The notes under the pieces: generated by a model
What the model saw: only the letters and a program-made list of their open reading frames with translations
What the model was told of the DNA's origin: nothing
The model's database searches: none
Translations under genes and position numbers: made by a program
Shown here: piece after piece, positions 11,166 to 25,029 of the stretch
How the letters are laid out: each line of letters opens with the position of its first letter
How positions within the stretch are numbered: the first letter of the stretch is position 1
From: Octopus bimaculoides
Lineage: Eukaryota
Reading direction: 5' to 3'
Assembly (NCBI RefSeq): GCF_001194135.2
Contig: NC_068987.1
Coordinates: 72,063,420-72,119,977 of the forward strand
Length of the DNA stretch: 56,558 bases

Positions 11166-11510
11166 TTATTCATTTTTTTTTTTTTTNNNNNNNNNNTTTT
11201 TTTTTTGTGTGTGTGACTGGTATTTATATTTCCTGAAATCGTAGGAGGAAGAGTGTGTTAAATTATTTAGGATTTGTTGGTGAGTTTATGATAGGGCTCG
11301 TTTTCACGTTATTTGTCCTCATCTTGTTTGAGGACAAATATCCGTCGAATGTAAATAATGTAAATAATGTGCATAATTCCTCATCTCTTAAATATAGAAC
11401 TGGGGCTCGTTTTGTTTTTTTCTTTTGTTTATTTCGTGTGTGTGCGCGCGTGTGTGTAAGGTTGTGCACCATCATATGTAAATGTATCAGGTATCTGGCT
11501 CCGCTGCACT

Positions 11511-12044
11511 CTAGGTACAAGGCCCGAAATTTTGGGGGAAGGGAGGGGCAGTCGATTAGATCGACCCCAGTACGCAACTGGTACTTAATTTATCGACCCC
11601 AAAAGGGTGAAAGCCAAAGTCGACCTCTGCGGAATTTGAACTCAGAACATAAAGACAGACGAAANNNNNNNNNNNNNNNNNNNNNNNNNNNNNNNNNNNN
11701 NNNNNNNNNNNNNNNNNNNNNNNNNNNNNNNNNNNNNNNNNNNNNNNNNNNNNNNNNNNNNNNNNNNNNNNNNNNNNNNNNNNNNNNNNNNNNNNNNNNN
11801 NNNNNNNNNNNNNNNNNNNNNNNNNNNNNNNNNNNNNNNNNNNNNNNNNNNNNNNNNNNNNNNNNNNNNNNNNNNNNNNNNNNNNNNNNNNNNNNNNNNN
11901 NNNNNNNNNNNNNNNNNNNNNNNNNNNNNNNNNNNNNNNNNNNNNNNNNNNNNNNNNNNNNNNNNNNNAGTCGACCTCGGCGGAATTTGAACTCAGAACG
12001 TAAAGACACGAAATGCCGTTAAGCATTTCGCCCGGCGTGCTAAA
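11511..12044 (-). mobile_element. SINE family B split by an N-gap, with overlapping sequence on both sides
   Basis: agtcgacctc.gcggaatttgaactcagaac.taaagaca appears both before and after the gap. Confidence 0.85.
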
Positions 12045-12684
12045 ATCATGTCACAATACTAACACCAAAAGAACTTCATTTTAAAAATTGTCCGAACAAT
12101 GGGACAAAACAAACATGAAAAACCCACAGCCATAGATATAAGCCTTATACACACACACGTCCATATACAAAAAAAGCTCACTCACGCATACATGGCACGC
12201 AAAATGCACACATTCATACACCCACTACCTCGACATAACTTCCAAAACAATCCTATAAGTATCCGCGTATGTGTGTGTCTGTATGTCTGCGAGTGTTTTG
12301 TGTATCTGTGTGCACGCACAGACTGTGTACGCACACATACTTATACAGACTCAAAAACAGTACAGCGGACATGTACCGGTATATATAGACGCATACATAC
12401 ATATACACACTCAGATCGACATCGACATACCCTTTCTCTCACACACACACACACTTATGCACACATACAGACATACGGAACTTCCCTTTGATTAGCATAG
12501 AAATGGACATATAAGTGTATACAATATTTCAATTTATACATCGTTTACGGAGATTTATAAGTACCATATATACAAAGGAATTAGAAATACATATTCACAG
12601 AGAAACATACAGGCAGACAAGCATAATCCATCCATACTTACCTACATATATATATATGCATCCATATACATACACATACATATG

Positions 12685-12758
<74 letters not shown>

Positions 12759-13413
12759 TAAAAATAAATACAAAAAAAGGGGTTTTGTATGATTGTGTAT
12801 AGAGGAATATATTATNNNNNNNNNNNNNNNNNNNNNNNNNNNNNNNNNNNNNNNNNNNNNNNNNNNNNNNNNNNNNNNNNNNNNNNNNNNNNNNNNNNNN
12901 NNNNNNNNNNNNNNNNNNNNNNNNNNNNNNNNNNNNNNNNNNNNNNNNNNNNNNNNNNNNNNNNNNNNNNNNNNNNNNNNNNNNNNNNNNNNNNNNNNNN
13001 NNNNNNNNNNNNNNNNNNNATATATATATATATATATATACATACATGCATACATATATACATACATACATACATACACTCATACATATATATGTTTACA
13101 ATCTCACATACATATATGAATACGAATTTATTAGAAAATAAAGGAAAAAAACTGTGTGTATCTGTATGTGTGCGCACACAGGTGCACACAAACATACATA
13201 GACATACAGACACTCACACACATGTAACATATGCGCGTATACATGTATAGATAGATACATACATACACACATACATAAATATATATATATATTTATGTGT
13301 GTATATATACATAAATATATATTTACATATATATATATGTACATACATATACATATATATAATATGCACACATATGTGCATATATATTACAAGCGTATAT
13401 GGTATATATACAT

Positions 13414-13457
<44 letters not shown>

Positions 13458-13486
13458 CAAGAATACACATACGTGCATACATACAC

Positions 13487-13517
<31 letters not shown>

Positions 13518-14142
13518 TGTATGTATGTGTATGCCTTCTCCGCGTTTTGCTCAACACAGCGGTTGCACTGTGTTATGCGTGAGTACATCATGAGCACATG
13601 CAACATAGGGAAGATTCGTTTCAAGCTAGTATTGTTGCAGACGGCAATTTAGATGTGACATTTGTCATGCTCAAAATAGCAACGCCATTGTCATCGACAT
13701 TCGGCGCTTCCGGGGCTTGTCAGGCATTAATTCATCGTAGCTGAAACAACATGGCGATACGTGTCGCTCGTGACAGACCGTCAGTTGGGCAGGAACGAAC
13801 GAATTTGTTACCACGCCGTACTCCTAACCAATCATCCAGCTAACAGCCATCACCTGCCAAACAGCCAGTATTTCAACGATTCTAGCCGGCATTCTAGCCT
13901 GCATGTATATACATCCAATCAACCAACTAACCAATATGGGAGACGAATACGTTAATAACTTGAACAATAATAAAGAGAAGAAATTGCATGATAGGGAATG
14001 TGTCTCAGTCGCCAATACATGTAATATTACAGCTATACGAACTTAAACATATATCAGTATATGTCTATATGTGTATTTATATGTGTATGTTGTATGCATA
14101 TGAGCATATACATACACATATGTATATATATATATATATGTT

Positions 14143-14181
<39 letters not shown>

Positions 14182-14453
14182 ATGTATTATGTATGTATGT
14201 ATGTATGTATGTATGNNNNNNNNNNNNNNNNNNNNNNNNNNNNNNNNNNNNNNNNNNNNNNNNNNNNNNNNNNNNNNNNNNNNNNNNNNNNNNNNNNNNN
14301 NNNNNNNNNNNNNNNNNNNNNNNNNNNNNNNNNNNNNNNNNNNNNNNNNNNNNNNNNNNNNNNNNNNNNNNNNNNNNNNNNNNNNNNNNNNNNNNNNNNN
14401 NNNNNNNNNNNNNNNNNNNNNNNNNNNNNNNNNNNNNNNNNNNNNNNNNNNNN

Positions 14454-14513
<60 letters not shown>

Positions 14514-14571
14514 GTATACATATTAATACATATATATACATATAGATATATACATACATATATACATGTGT

Positions 14572-14602
<31 letters not shown>

Positions 14603-16810
14603 TAGATGAAATGAACGTTTACGATTTGCATCCAAGAAGACTAAGACTCGAAAAAAAAGAAAAGTCTGAATGCATTGAAGAATAAATAAAATTATATAAA
14701 TGAATAGCTACAGATGTACCAATGTTTCAGTGTCTGTGTACTTTTTAAGGTTATCTATGCATATGTATATATGCATGTATATCTGTGTGTGTATGTATTA
14801 TGTATGTATGCATGCATGTATGTATGTATGTATGCATGCATGCATGTATGTATGTATGTATGTATGTATGTATGTATGTATATACATACTTACATACACC
14901 CTAACATAAACTTTATTCTGAACTGGAACATCACAAATGGCTGTTCTGAGCTTCTCGTTGCCGATTTTCAGACGATTATCTTCAGAATTGACAATGAGAA
15001 AGCCACAGTTACGATTTAGGAAGTTTTTGGCTTTCAATAAATTATATCACTTTACTTTTATAGTTTTGGGTACCCCGTTCCTTCTTCACACTAATGTTTA
15101 TGAATACAAATACACGCACCGTGACCGCTTGAGAAACCTAGGTGATGCAAGCATCTCACACTTTCAAGCCAGTTCTCCAGCATGGCCGCGATCAAATGAC
15201 TGAAACAAGTAAAAGAATAAAAGAATAGAGAGAGATAATATATATACACACACATACATATAAAAATAGGAAAACACACACATATGTACATACACACTCA
15301 CACACATGTACACACATATACATAGAGGAAAGATCATTTCGACTAATTTCAACTTACATTTAAACCTCGTCAGGATTCGCTTAACTTCTTGCTGTATGTT
15401 CAGTGTCTTAGTAATAGGGGTTTACTTCTGCCACGAGGTTAAACCGTATTTATTAAACATATGGTTGTAACTTTGAGTCAGACATGTAACATCGATATTC
15501 CAGTTAACGCGCGTTGCCAACAATGTGCTTCAATAAAAATAGGTGGGTACCAGACTGATCGCTTTTAGGTTGTTCGTTAAACAGAGATCACTGCATTTTT
15601 TCAGTAGCTTATGGAGAAGTTAATGAATCTTCGTGTGGCTTTAGCGAAAGTCAGTCTTATCCCCTTTTCTTGTTTACCAAACGTCTAAAAGAATAATGAA
15701 ATGAGCTGTTGTGAAGCATACTGAATGCGGTGCAGGAACGGATCTGACTAAGGTCTTCTGTATATAACAAGGAAGTACCATATCTTAACTTATTCGCCTG
15801 ATCATTTAAATATATGCTTTGTAACTTTTGCAAAATATCATTATGTTAATATATTCTGCCTACAGAAACTATAATAATGTCATTACCCGTGATTGATTTA
15901 CTAGTCGTAATCAGTATAACGAACCGTAGAGTATAACTCATTTGTAATTTTCTTTCAACGAATTCCACAATCGCTGTTGGTATCGTTGGATCTCGCAGTT
16001 GATGTACGGTTCTATGATTTCACTTGGATGCCATTTGAAATTTATGAATACAGTCAGCTACTTGTAGACGTAGATATAGCCGTGTAGTTATGAAAATGGC
16101 TTCCCATCAGCGCGGTTCAAGATTCATTTGTATATCGCAGCAGCTATAGCTAGTGACTTCCCTACTGTAGCATCTGAGTGACCACACCTATGTGAGTAGA
16201 AAAATTCGGGTAGAAAAATAAGAAAGGGGGTAGAATCTCGTCGTGTATATTTGTACGTGTGTGTATGAGTGTGTGCGTGCGTTTACGTATATATGTGTGT
16301 GTGTATGTGCGCTTACGTGTGTATGATTGTGTGTGCGCATGCGAGCATGTGAGGTGGAGGAGAAATGTATGGGTGAGTGTAGGCACGGTATGGGCAAATA
16401 GTTGAGAAGTTCGCTTCGCAATCACGTGGTCCGAGGTTCCATTGCACAGCGTGACATCTAAGGCAAATATTATTTTCTATATCTCCAATGAGTGAAATTG
16501 GTTGGCGAAAAATGTATGAAGATCTTAGGGCTTCTATGAAGTTTTTATAATTACATGTTGTACAGCATGTATGTATATAAACTTCATAGTTTATATATAC
16601 AAACTATATATATAAATTTCAATATTGATCCTACCTGAGAATTATGTTAATGTTCTGTGGGATGTTTTCCCACTTACATGCTAATTCGATGAGCAGATAA
16701 TTCAGTTGAATGAACAACTAAATCTTCATCGTCGAAATCAACGGAGAGCCACTCGTATATGTATACTTATGTGTGTATGTGTGTGTGTGTATGTATGCTT
16801 GTATGATGAT

Positions 16811-17191
16811 GGCACTCCATCGCATACGACGACGAGGGTTCCAGTTGATCCGATCAATGGAACAGCCTGCTCGTGAAATTAACGTGCAAGTGGCTGAGCA
16901 CTCCACAGACACGTGTACCATTCACGTAGTTCTCGGGGAGATTCAGCGTGACACAGAGTGTGACAAGGCTGGCCCTTTGAAATACAGGCACAACAGAAAC
17001 AGGAAGTAAGAGTGAGAGAAAGTTGTGGTGAAAGAGTACAGCAGGGTTCGCCACCATCCCCTGCCGGAGCCTCGTGGATCTTTAGGTGTTTTTCGCTCAA
17101 TAAACACTCACAACGCCCGGGCTGGGAATCGAAACCGCGATCCTATAACCACGAGTCCGCTGCCCTAACCACTGGGCTATTGCGCCTCCAC
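16811..17191 (-). mobile_element. SINE family C, full length, tRNA-like head
   Basis: Minus strand starts gtggaggcgcaatagcccagtggttagggcagcggactcgtgg..ggtttcgattcccagcccgggcg (A and B boxes); high identity to 25706-26059. Confidence 0.92.
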
Positions 17192-17319
17192 ATGCTTGTG
17201 TGTGCATGCGTGTATTCGTGTGCGTGTCTATATGTGTGTGTGTGTATGTGTGCAAATGTGTCTATATATGAGTATGTAAGTGTATGTAGGTTTGCATGTA
17301 TGTGTTTATGGTTGTGTGT

Positions 17320-17875
17320 TCTGGTGTCAACCGGTGTTTACATCGCTTGATGTAACTTAGCCATTCGATAGAAACTGGTAAAATAAATCCTCGACTGAAA
17401 TAAATACAGGAGTTGGTAGGATCGAATAAAACCATTAAAAGCGAGTTGCAGGTGAGGTTGAGGTTAAAGTTACTTCGCAACGCCACGGTTTCGGGTTCAG
17501 TCCCACTACGTGGCACCTTGAGGAATTGTCTTCCACCGGGTCGACCAAGGTCTTGTGAGTGAAACTATAAAGAAGTTCATTGTGTGCGTGTGTGTGTGTG
17601 TGTGCATACATACATGCATACATACATATATACATACATATATGTATGTGTGCGTGTTTGTTTTTGTCTTTCACCACTTAACAAGCGGTGTGACTTTGTT
17701 TTCTTCCCCGTAAGCTAGAGGTTCGGCAAAATGTGAACGAATGAATTAGTTCCAGACTTCAAATAAACACTAGGATCGATCCGATCGATTAAACCCTTTA
17801 AGGCGGCACCTAACATGGCCGCAATCAAATGACTAGAATAATCAAAAAAAAAGTAACACTAAAAGAATAAAATAT
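17320..17875 (+). mobile_element. SINE family A: an isolated 3' half (17320-17440) followed by a diverged full copy (17445-17875)
   Basis: gggttcagtcccactacgtggcaccttg; tail catggccgcaatcaaatgact. Confidence 0.75.
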
Positions 17876-18373
17876 ATACAAACACACACACACGCTATAC
17901 TAGGCAGATTATTAGATATAATATGATATCCTATAATATATTTATATATATATANNNNNNNNNNTATGTATTATGTATGTAAGTACGTATGTATGAATGT
18001 ATGTATACACACACACACACATAGACGGAGATACAGAAAGACACAGAGAGAAAGAGAAAGAGAGATCATTCCATTGATACGTGAGATCTGAAGTAAGATC
18101 TACGTCACAGTAGTAAGATAGACATGAAAGTATTGGATGTTGTGAGAATTCATCAAAGAAAATTCAGTCGTTTATTTTGGTGCTTGGCTTGTTAGCGTTA
18201 ATTCCTGCTATTGATGATGTTGTTGATGTCGTTAGTGGTGTTGGTGGTCGTAGCTATGGTGTTGTTTCATGTGTAGTCTCATTCGTTGTTGGTGGTGGCG
18301 CTGGTGGTGCTGGTAGTGATGGTGCTGGCAGCGGCGGCGACGGTTCTATATATTTGTTGGCATTATGGATTTT

Positions 18374-18790
18374 GGGTGGCAAGCTGGCAGAATCGTTAGA
18401 GCGTCAGAAGATGCATTTGTTCAGCTCTTTAACATTCTGAGTTCAAACTCCTTCGAGGTCGACTTTGCCTTTCATCCTCTTGGGGTCAATAAAATAAGTA
18501 TCAGCAAAGAATTAGGGTTGATGTAATCGATTTGCCCTCTCCCCTGAAATTGCTAGTTCTGTGCCAAATTTTCAAACCATTTGAAACCAATGCGGCTGTT
18601 ATGCGACAAGCTGGCTGAATCGTTAGAGCGCCAGAAAAAAATTACTTTTACAGTTCCGGCTCTTTACGTTCTCATTTCAAACCTTGCTAAGGTCAACTTT
18701 CATCCTTTCAGGATGTCCAAAAATAAAGTGCCATTGCTTGACTGGGGTTGATGGTATCAACCACCTCTTCCAATCTTCAAACCTTATTAA
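18374..18790 (+). mobile_element. Two head-to-tail SINE family B copies (18374-18588 and 18601-18790)
   Basis: Each has gctggc.gaatcgttagagcg.cagaa followed by the central domain. Confidence 0.85.
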
Positions 18791-18799
18791 AAATCTAAC

Positions 18800-19350
18800 A
18801 ATTACACTCAAAATACAAATAATGACTCTGGGAGCGGTGGTTTGTTTACATTATTGTTTACGCCGCTTCTGGCAGATTTTGACCCATTTTCAGTGTTTTG
18901 GGAGGATCGAAGACCAATTGATTCGTTTTTTATAAAAGAAGCTTGTTGTCGGAGCTGTTTCGCCGTGAAGGTATTTAAGTTGGAATGAACTTCGTCCCAA
19001 TATTGTTTTAACCGCTTCATGTATCCGATTGAAGGATCATCTCGGGCTTTTTCATAGCACCGAAGTGAATCTTGGTTTAGTTGTTGAGTCCAAGTAAAAT
19101 GAGAAGAGTACTTACGTCTTCTTAAATAACTTACTGGTGAAGTAGTTCTGTTTTCATCGGTGGTGACGTTGTTAGTTTCATCTGTGGCTGTGTTAGTTTC
19201 AGCCATAATCGTGTTAGCGAGATTCCACCTGGTATAGTTGTATATTTCAAAATTTGTTCAGGGTAGCACTACGATGGCGAGTAAAAGGTGTTTCACTTAT
19301 TAAATGCTAGAGAAATAAACCAGTTACCGATTTAGGCTGGAAAAGTCGGC

Positions 19351-19352
<2 letters not shown>
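18800..19352 (-). mobile_element. 5' end of an RLE (R4/Dong-like) retrotransposon: 5'UTR plus ORF N-terminus, preceded by (CATA)n
   Basis: ORF 19206-18808 contains RRRK....FTWTQQLNQDSLRCYEKA....GYMKRLKQYW. This resembles the N-terminal W...N..l.CY....GY.kRm..W motif of R4/Dong ORFs. (TATG)n at 19353-19401. Confidence 0.7.
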
Positions 19353-19381
<29 letters not shown>

Positions 19382-20295
19382 TGTATGTATGTATGTATGT
19401 ATCGATGAAGCATGAGCATGTAGTTAAGAATACGCTTTGCTGTCAAAAGGTCTTGAGTTTAATTTCATTGGGTGGCAGCTAGATCAGTTTTCTTTTATCG
19501 TAACTTCGGGACAAGCCAAAGCATTGTAGACAAACTGAGTGTACGGTGACCCTCTTGAAGCCCGTTGGATGGACTATAAGCGTAATTTAAGAGTACAGCC
19601 TAGTCGCCCTCTGAATTACACTAACACTTATTAACAATTACGTTAAGGCTACACACGTTTACGCGTGTCGGTGAGGTGAAGTACTCAGCCACTTCAAGTG
19701 TTAATTCAAAAGACAGAACATTCACTTCGTCATATATATGTATGTTTGTATGTACATATGTAAGTGTATGTAATGGATTCTCCGTCGATTTCGACAAGTA
19801 TTCAGATATTCGATTAAATTAACCGCCTACTCTATGAATTAACAAATATGTTTGTGTGCGTTTGTTGACATCATAACACTATCTGATGTCCATGATGAAT
19901 TTAAAGTGAATTTACGTTTGCTATACAATCTCTAAAGATTTAATAATGCAATGTGTTTATAAGACATTTTCTTCATAAAACCGATATCATTGTTAATGAA
20001 ATACATGTAAATCGACGTTATTAAATAATCTCTGAACCAATTCTTCAGTTTTGTTTTGTTTTGTTTTTTCTATGTATATACACCTATGCATATACATACA
20101 TATGCGTGTGTATGTGTATACATATATATGTGTGTGTGTATGAATATCTATATATGTCTATATATATNNNNNNNNNNNNNNNNNNNNNNNNNNNNNNNNN
20201 NNNNNNNNNNNNNNNNNNNNNNNNNNNNNNNNNNNNNNNNNNNNNNNNNNNNNNNNNNNNNNNNNNNNNNNNNNNNNNNNNNNNNTATATATATT

Positions 20296-20621
20296 AAAGG
20301 CCTGTGATATGCAGGACACTGACTGGGAGAACAATGCCTGTCATCACAACAGATGGAGAACGCAGGTTAAGGAGGGGATCGACACTTTTGAGAGAGCACG
20401 TATCCACCATGAAGAACTTAAGCGAGCTGCGCGAAAGCGCACGGCTCATAGAGTGAATGGGGAAAGCTTGGTCTGCACTGTTTGCAGTCGTGTATGCTTG
20501 TCAAGATCAGGGCTCATTAGCCACCAACGGAGCCGCAAATGCAAAATATAAGTTAATCCTAGAGCGCACAATGTTCCTGAAGGTCGGCAATGGTCTTCCT
20601 CGGTCACGAGTGGACGACCAT
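20296..20621 (+). mobile_element. RTE (BovB-like) LINE 3' end with a C-terminal C2H2-type finger
   Basis: WENNACHHNRWRTQVKEGIDTFE...CTVCSRVCLSRSGLISHQRS*; short 3'UTR ending gagtggacgaccat followed by (TA)n. Confidence 0.88.
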
Positions 20622-21258
20622 TATATATATACACACACACACTTAAATATATGTGTATGCATGTATGAATATATATATACATACATGCATACATACATAC
20701 ATACATACACATAAGCACACACTCAATATACGCAGCAGAAGCAGTATTAGTTTAAAATATCAATCTTTATATCATATTTAAAGCAGCTGTATCATGGAAA
20801 GCCTATTCGTTCTGAGATAGTATCTCTTATAGACGAACGATTTCTTTAAAAAAGCACAAAAATATATCAATAAGCAGACGAAAATCATCTAGCAGCGATG
20901 GTGGCATTGCTCAATGCGCATTTCAGACTTTTAGGGAATTGTCAGTTACAGATATCAACTAACAACCGCATGCCAAAACAAAATCCACCGTTACTGATAT
21001 TCAAATACCGCAATTAATTAGGCTTTCCATGACGTCATTAAGAGAAACTATCTCAAAACGAATACCACAGTTAGAGGTTTTCCGTAATGTATATGCATTA
21101 AGGATGATACTCAAATTGCTATATTAAATAATATGGCTCCTTTTGCACGTAGCAGAATTTTGTTCGATCGGCCAGCTAATTGCAACAGTAATTTTTCTAT
21201 AACTGTTTACTATATCAAATGCACTTTGAGCAAAAACTTTTCGTAATTAAAACCTAGT

Positions 21259-21259
21259 C

Positions 21260-21341
<82 letters not shown>

Positions 21342-21343
21342 GC

Positions 21344-21383
<40 letters not shown>

Positions 21384-21400
21384 GCTGTTGTTGTTGTTGC

Positions 21401-21437
<37 letters not shown>
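21259..21437. repeat. (GTT)n microsatellite of about 60 units
   Basis: Direct reading. Confidence 0.98.
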
Positions 21438-21591
21438 ATCGCCCTCACGGTGTCGTTATGTGTTCATATTAAGAATCTTTTATCGTGCAAATATACATTC
21501 TATATTCCATCCGTTCCTATACCGTCTTTATTATTTAGAACAGTAAAGGTGTCTGTTGATAATGATATCAATTTAAATGTGTATATATTCA

Positions 21592-21593
<2 letters not shown>

Positions 21594-21637
<44 letters not shown>

Positions 21638-21690
21638 CGGGCAGGCGGGCAGGCGGGCAGGCCGGCAGGCAGACAGACAAACAGACAGAC
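21594..21690. repeat. (CAGG)n/(CAGA)n microsatellite
   Basis: Direct reading. Confidence 0.95.
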
Positions 21691-21970
21691 AGAAATTCAT
21701 GACTACTTTCAAAGATACATGAACGAATACGTTCACATATACATGCATCACTACATACAGATATAGATGCATACATACGTACATAACTACATATTGACTT
21801 GCATTCAGACATACATCTATAACTATATACATGCATATATGGATACATACACAAGCTAAGGGACATACACATACATACATGTATGCATATATGCACGCAC
21901 TTATGCCTGTCTGTAAACATATATAGATGCGTACACACATATATATATATATATATTTATTTATTTATTC

Positions 21971-22044
<74 letters not shown>

Positions 22045-22245
22045 AGGTATTCAAACACACAAGAGCTTCTATAGCGGTTTGTATTTGTGTGAATGTTTTA
22101 TCTACGTATATTATATGTATGTGTATGTATGTTTATATATGTATGTATTTGTATGTGTATATGCGCGTGTTTGTATGTGTGTGTGTCTGTTTGTGTGTGT
22201 CACAAAAATATCCATACATTCTCATCCGTGCACAAACACACGAAC

Positions 22246-22311
<66 letters not shown>

Positions 22312-23184
22312 TAGATAGACGTATAGATACTGAGACACACATATATATACACATATATATGTGCTCTCACTAACACTCTCACACACACTCCACACACACA
22401 CGTATATACACATCATTTCTTGTAAGAATCAACTCTATGTCATAGAAATAAACTCCTCAAACGAAACCAACCTCTTGTGATGTTATGTGTGGTGTAGCAG
22501 CAGACGTGAATAGCCCTCATAATATTTGACAGAGAAGCCATAACAATGTTTTTGATTCCTTGAGATTGTTGTGCCCAGACTTCAGTGCTTAGGTATCAGC
22601 TCTTAATGACTTGGCAAATAGTTTATTTGTTATAATTTCACGAGGCCATACAACGAACTGTAGTCAGCTTAATGGGTTGCAGATTGCTTAATCCAAACAA
22701 CCTCTGTTTCCCGTCACCATTTCTATATGTCTTTAATGGTATCGGAGCCGTCCAGAAAGATTCCCTAGATGATGCCACTATTTGGTCTTTGGTCTCCGTT
22801 CGAAATATTGTTGTTGTTGCTGTTGTTGTTGTTGTTGTTGTTTTGTTGTAGAGAAAGTGAGGAAAGAGTGTTTTTGTGTGATTTAGTGTTTTTTTTTTCT
22901 TTTTTCTTGTTTTTTTCTCTTTCGTATTCATTCGTAGTTATTTTGCATTGGATAAAATGGCGACCATATGTGATGACAGGAGGTCTTCAGGAGTGAAAAT
23001 GATAGATTATGTGGAAAGAATGTGGAAGAGAGAGAGAGAGAGAGACTAAAAAACGATAAAACGATAGAGATTTGAAGGTGAGAGGTGGGAATAGAAATAG
23101 CGATAGAAAAAGTAATTGAAAAGAAAATTGATTGGAAATACATAGATATATATAAATATGTATGTATGTGTGTGCACACGCGCG

Positions 23185-23244
<60 letters not shown>

Positions 23245-23925
23245 NNNNNNNNNNNNNNNNNNNNNNNNNNNNNNNNNNNNNNNNNNNNNNNNNNNNNNNN
23301 NNNNNNNNNNNNNNNNNNNNNNNNNNNNNNNNNNNNNNNNNNNNNNNNNNNNNNNNNNNNNNNNNNNNNNNNNNNNNNNNNNNNNNNNNNNNNNNNNNNN
23401 NNNNNNNNNNNNNNNNNNNNNNNNNNNNNNNNNNNNNNNNNNNNNNNNNNNNNNNNNNNNNNNNNNNNNNNNNNNNNNNNNNNNNNNNNNNNNNNNNNNN
23501 NNNNNNNNNNNNNNNNNNNNNNNNNNNNNNNNNNNNNNNNNNNNNNNNNNNNNNNNNNNNNNNNNNNNNNNNNNNNNNNNNNNNNNNNNNNNNNNNNNNN
23601 NNNNNNNNNNNNNNNNNNNNNNNNNNNNNNNNNNNNNNNNNNNNNNNNNNNNNNNNNNNNNNNNNNNNNNNNNNNNNNNNNNNNNNNNNNNNNNNNNNNN
23701 NNNNNNNNNNNNNNNNNNNNNNNNNNNNNNNNNNNNNNNNNNNNNNNNNNNNNNNNNNNNNNNNNNNNNNNNNNNNNNNNNNNNNNNNNNNNNNNNNNNN
23801 NNNNNNNNNNNNNNNNNNNNNNNNNNNNNNNNNNNNNNNNNNNNNNNNNNNNNNNNNNNNNNNNNNNNNNNNNNNNNNNNNNNNNNNNNNNNNNNNNNNN
23901 NNNNNNNNNNNNNNNNNNNNNNNNN

Positions 23926-25029
23926 TCAACCAAATATGAACCATTTTGTTGCACAATGCGTCTCCATCTTTCCTTTAACTTGAAAATACCCTCTTCCCAG
24001 AAATGAGGTGGATCCATGGCAAAGAATTCATCAAGGTATCTTTTTACGTCATCCAAGGAATTGAAATTTTTACCATTAAGACTATTCTGCAGAGCCCTGA
24101 ATAAGTGGAAATCCGAAGGAGCAATATCTGGTGAATATGGAGGGTGGGGTAACACACCCCAGCCGAGCTGCAGCAATTTTTGTCTAGTTCCCAAAGAAAC
24201 GTGCGGTCTTGCATTATCATGTTGGAAAACAACAGCCTTCCTGTTGGCCAATTCTGAACGTTTCTCTTAAATTGCTGCTTTTAACTCGTCCAGTTGTGTG
24301 CAGTATTTCTCAGAATTAATTGTCTGGTTACTTGGGAGAAGCTCATAGTACAGAATTCCTTTCCAATCCCACCAGACACAAAGCAAGACTTTTTAAGGGT
24401 GAAGACCAGCTTTTGGGGTGGCTAAGGGTGGCTCATGTCGCTTACTCCAGGATCGCTTTCTCTGAACATTTCGGTAGATAATCCATTTCTCAGCACCTGT
24501 CACAATTTTCTTTTAAAAAAGGCGCGTTTTCATTCCGTTTATAAAGCGAATCCCAAATGGAAATGTGATCCAAAAGGTTCTTCTCACTCAACTCATGTGG
24601 TACCCAAACATCGTAGCGATTTATGTATCCAAGCTTTACCAGGTGCTCATGAACGACGGATTTTGATAAGTTGAGGCTTTCTGCCAATTTTCGGTTTGTG
24701 CAATGTGGGTTATTCTCAGTTAATGACTTGATTTGGTCATCATCTGTAGTGGATGGTCTGCCTGATCGCTCTTTATCAATAAGGCTACAATCTCCAGCTC
24801 GGAAGCTTGCGAACCATTTCCGTCCAGTTCTTTTGGATAAAGAAACATCACCATAAACTGCGCATATTTCTTTGGTTGCTTGTGAGGCATTTTTCTCTTT
24901 ATGGAAAAAGAAAAGCATCAAGTGCCGAAAACGAACTTTCTTATCTTCCATTTTAAAGGGTTACAGAATTAACACAGGTTATAGGAACATAAACCTTCTT
25001 CCACGAAAAGATAGCTTAAACTGTGCTCT
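23926..25029 (-). mobile_element. Mariner (DD34D-type) DNA transposon with pseudogenised transposase; termini fall in gaps
   Basis: ATG at 24951; ..RSGRP..WVPHEL..TGAEKW (first catalytic D mutated)..HDNARPH..HPPYSPDIAPSDFHLF. There is one frameshift and two in-frame stops. Confidence 0.97.

Noticed and set aside
11615-12044. Apparent tandem duplication of a SINE-B segment across a gap
   Set aside because: It is most simply an unmerged contig overlap.
15330-15380. Minus-strand CTGACGA...GAAATTAGTC hammerhead-like string
   Set aside because: Stem II does not pair and stem I is only 2 bp.
17115-17191. tRNA-like sequence (also the heads of families A, B and D)
   Set aside because: These are SINE heads followed by SINE bodies and lack a complete cloverleaf, so they are not tRNA genes.
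21029-21038. Perfect CRE palindrome ATGACGTCAT in unique sequence
   Set aside because: One such short motif in 56 kb is compatible with chance and has no other support.
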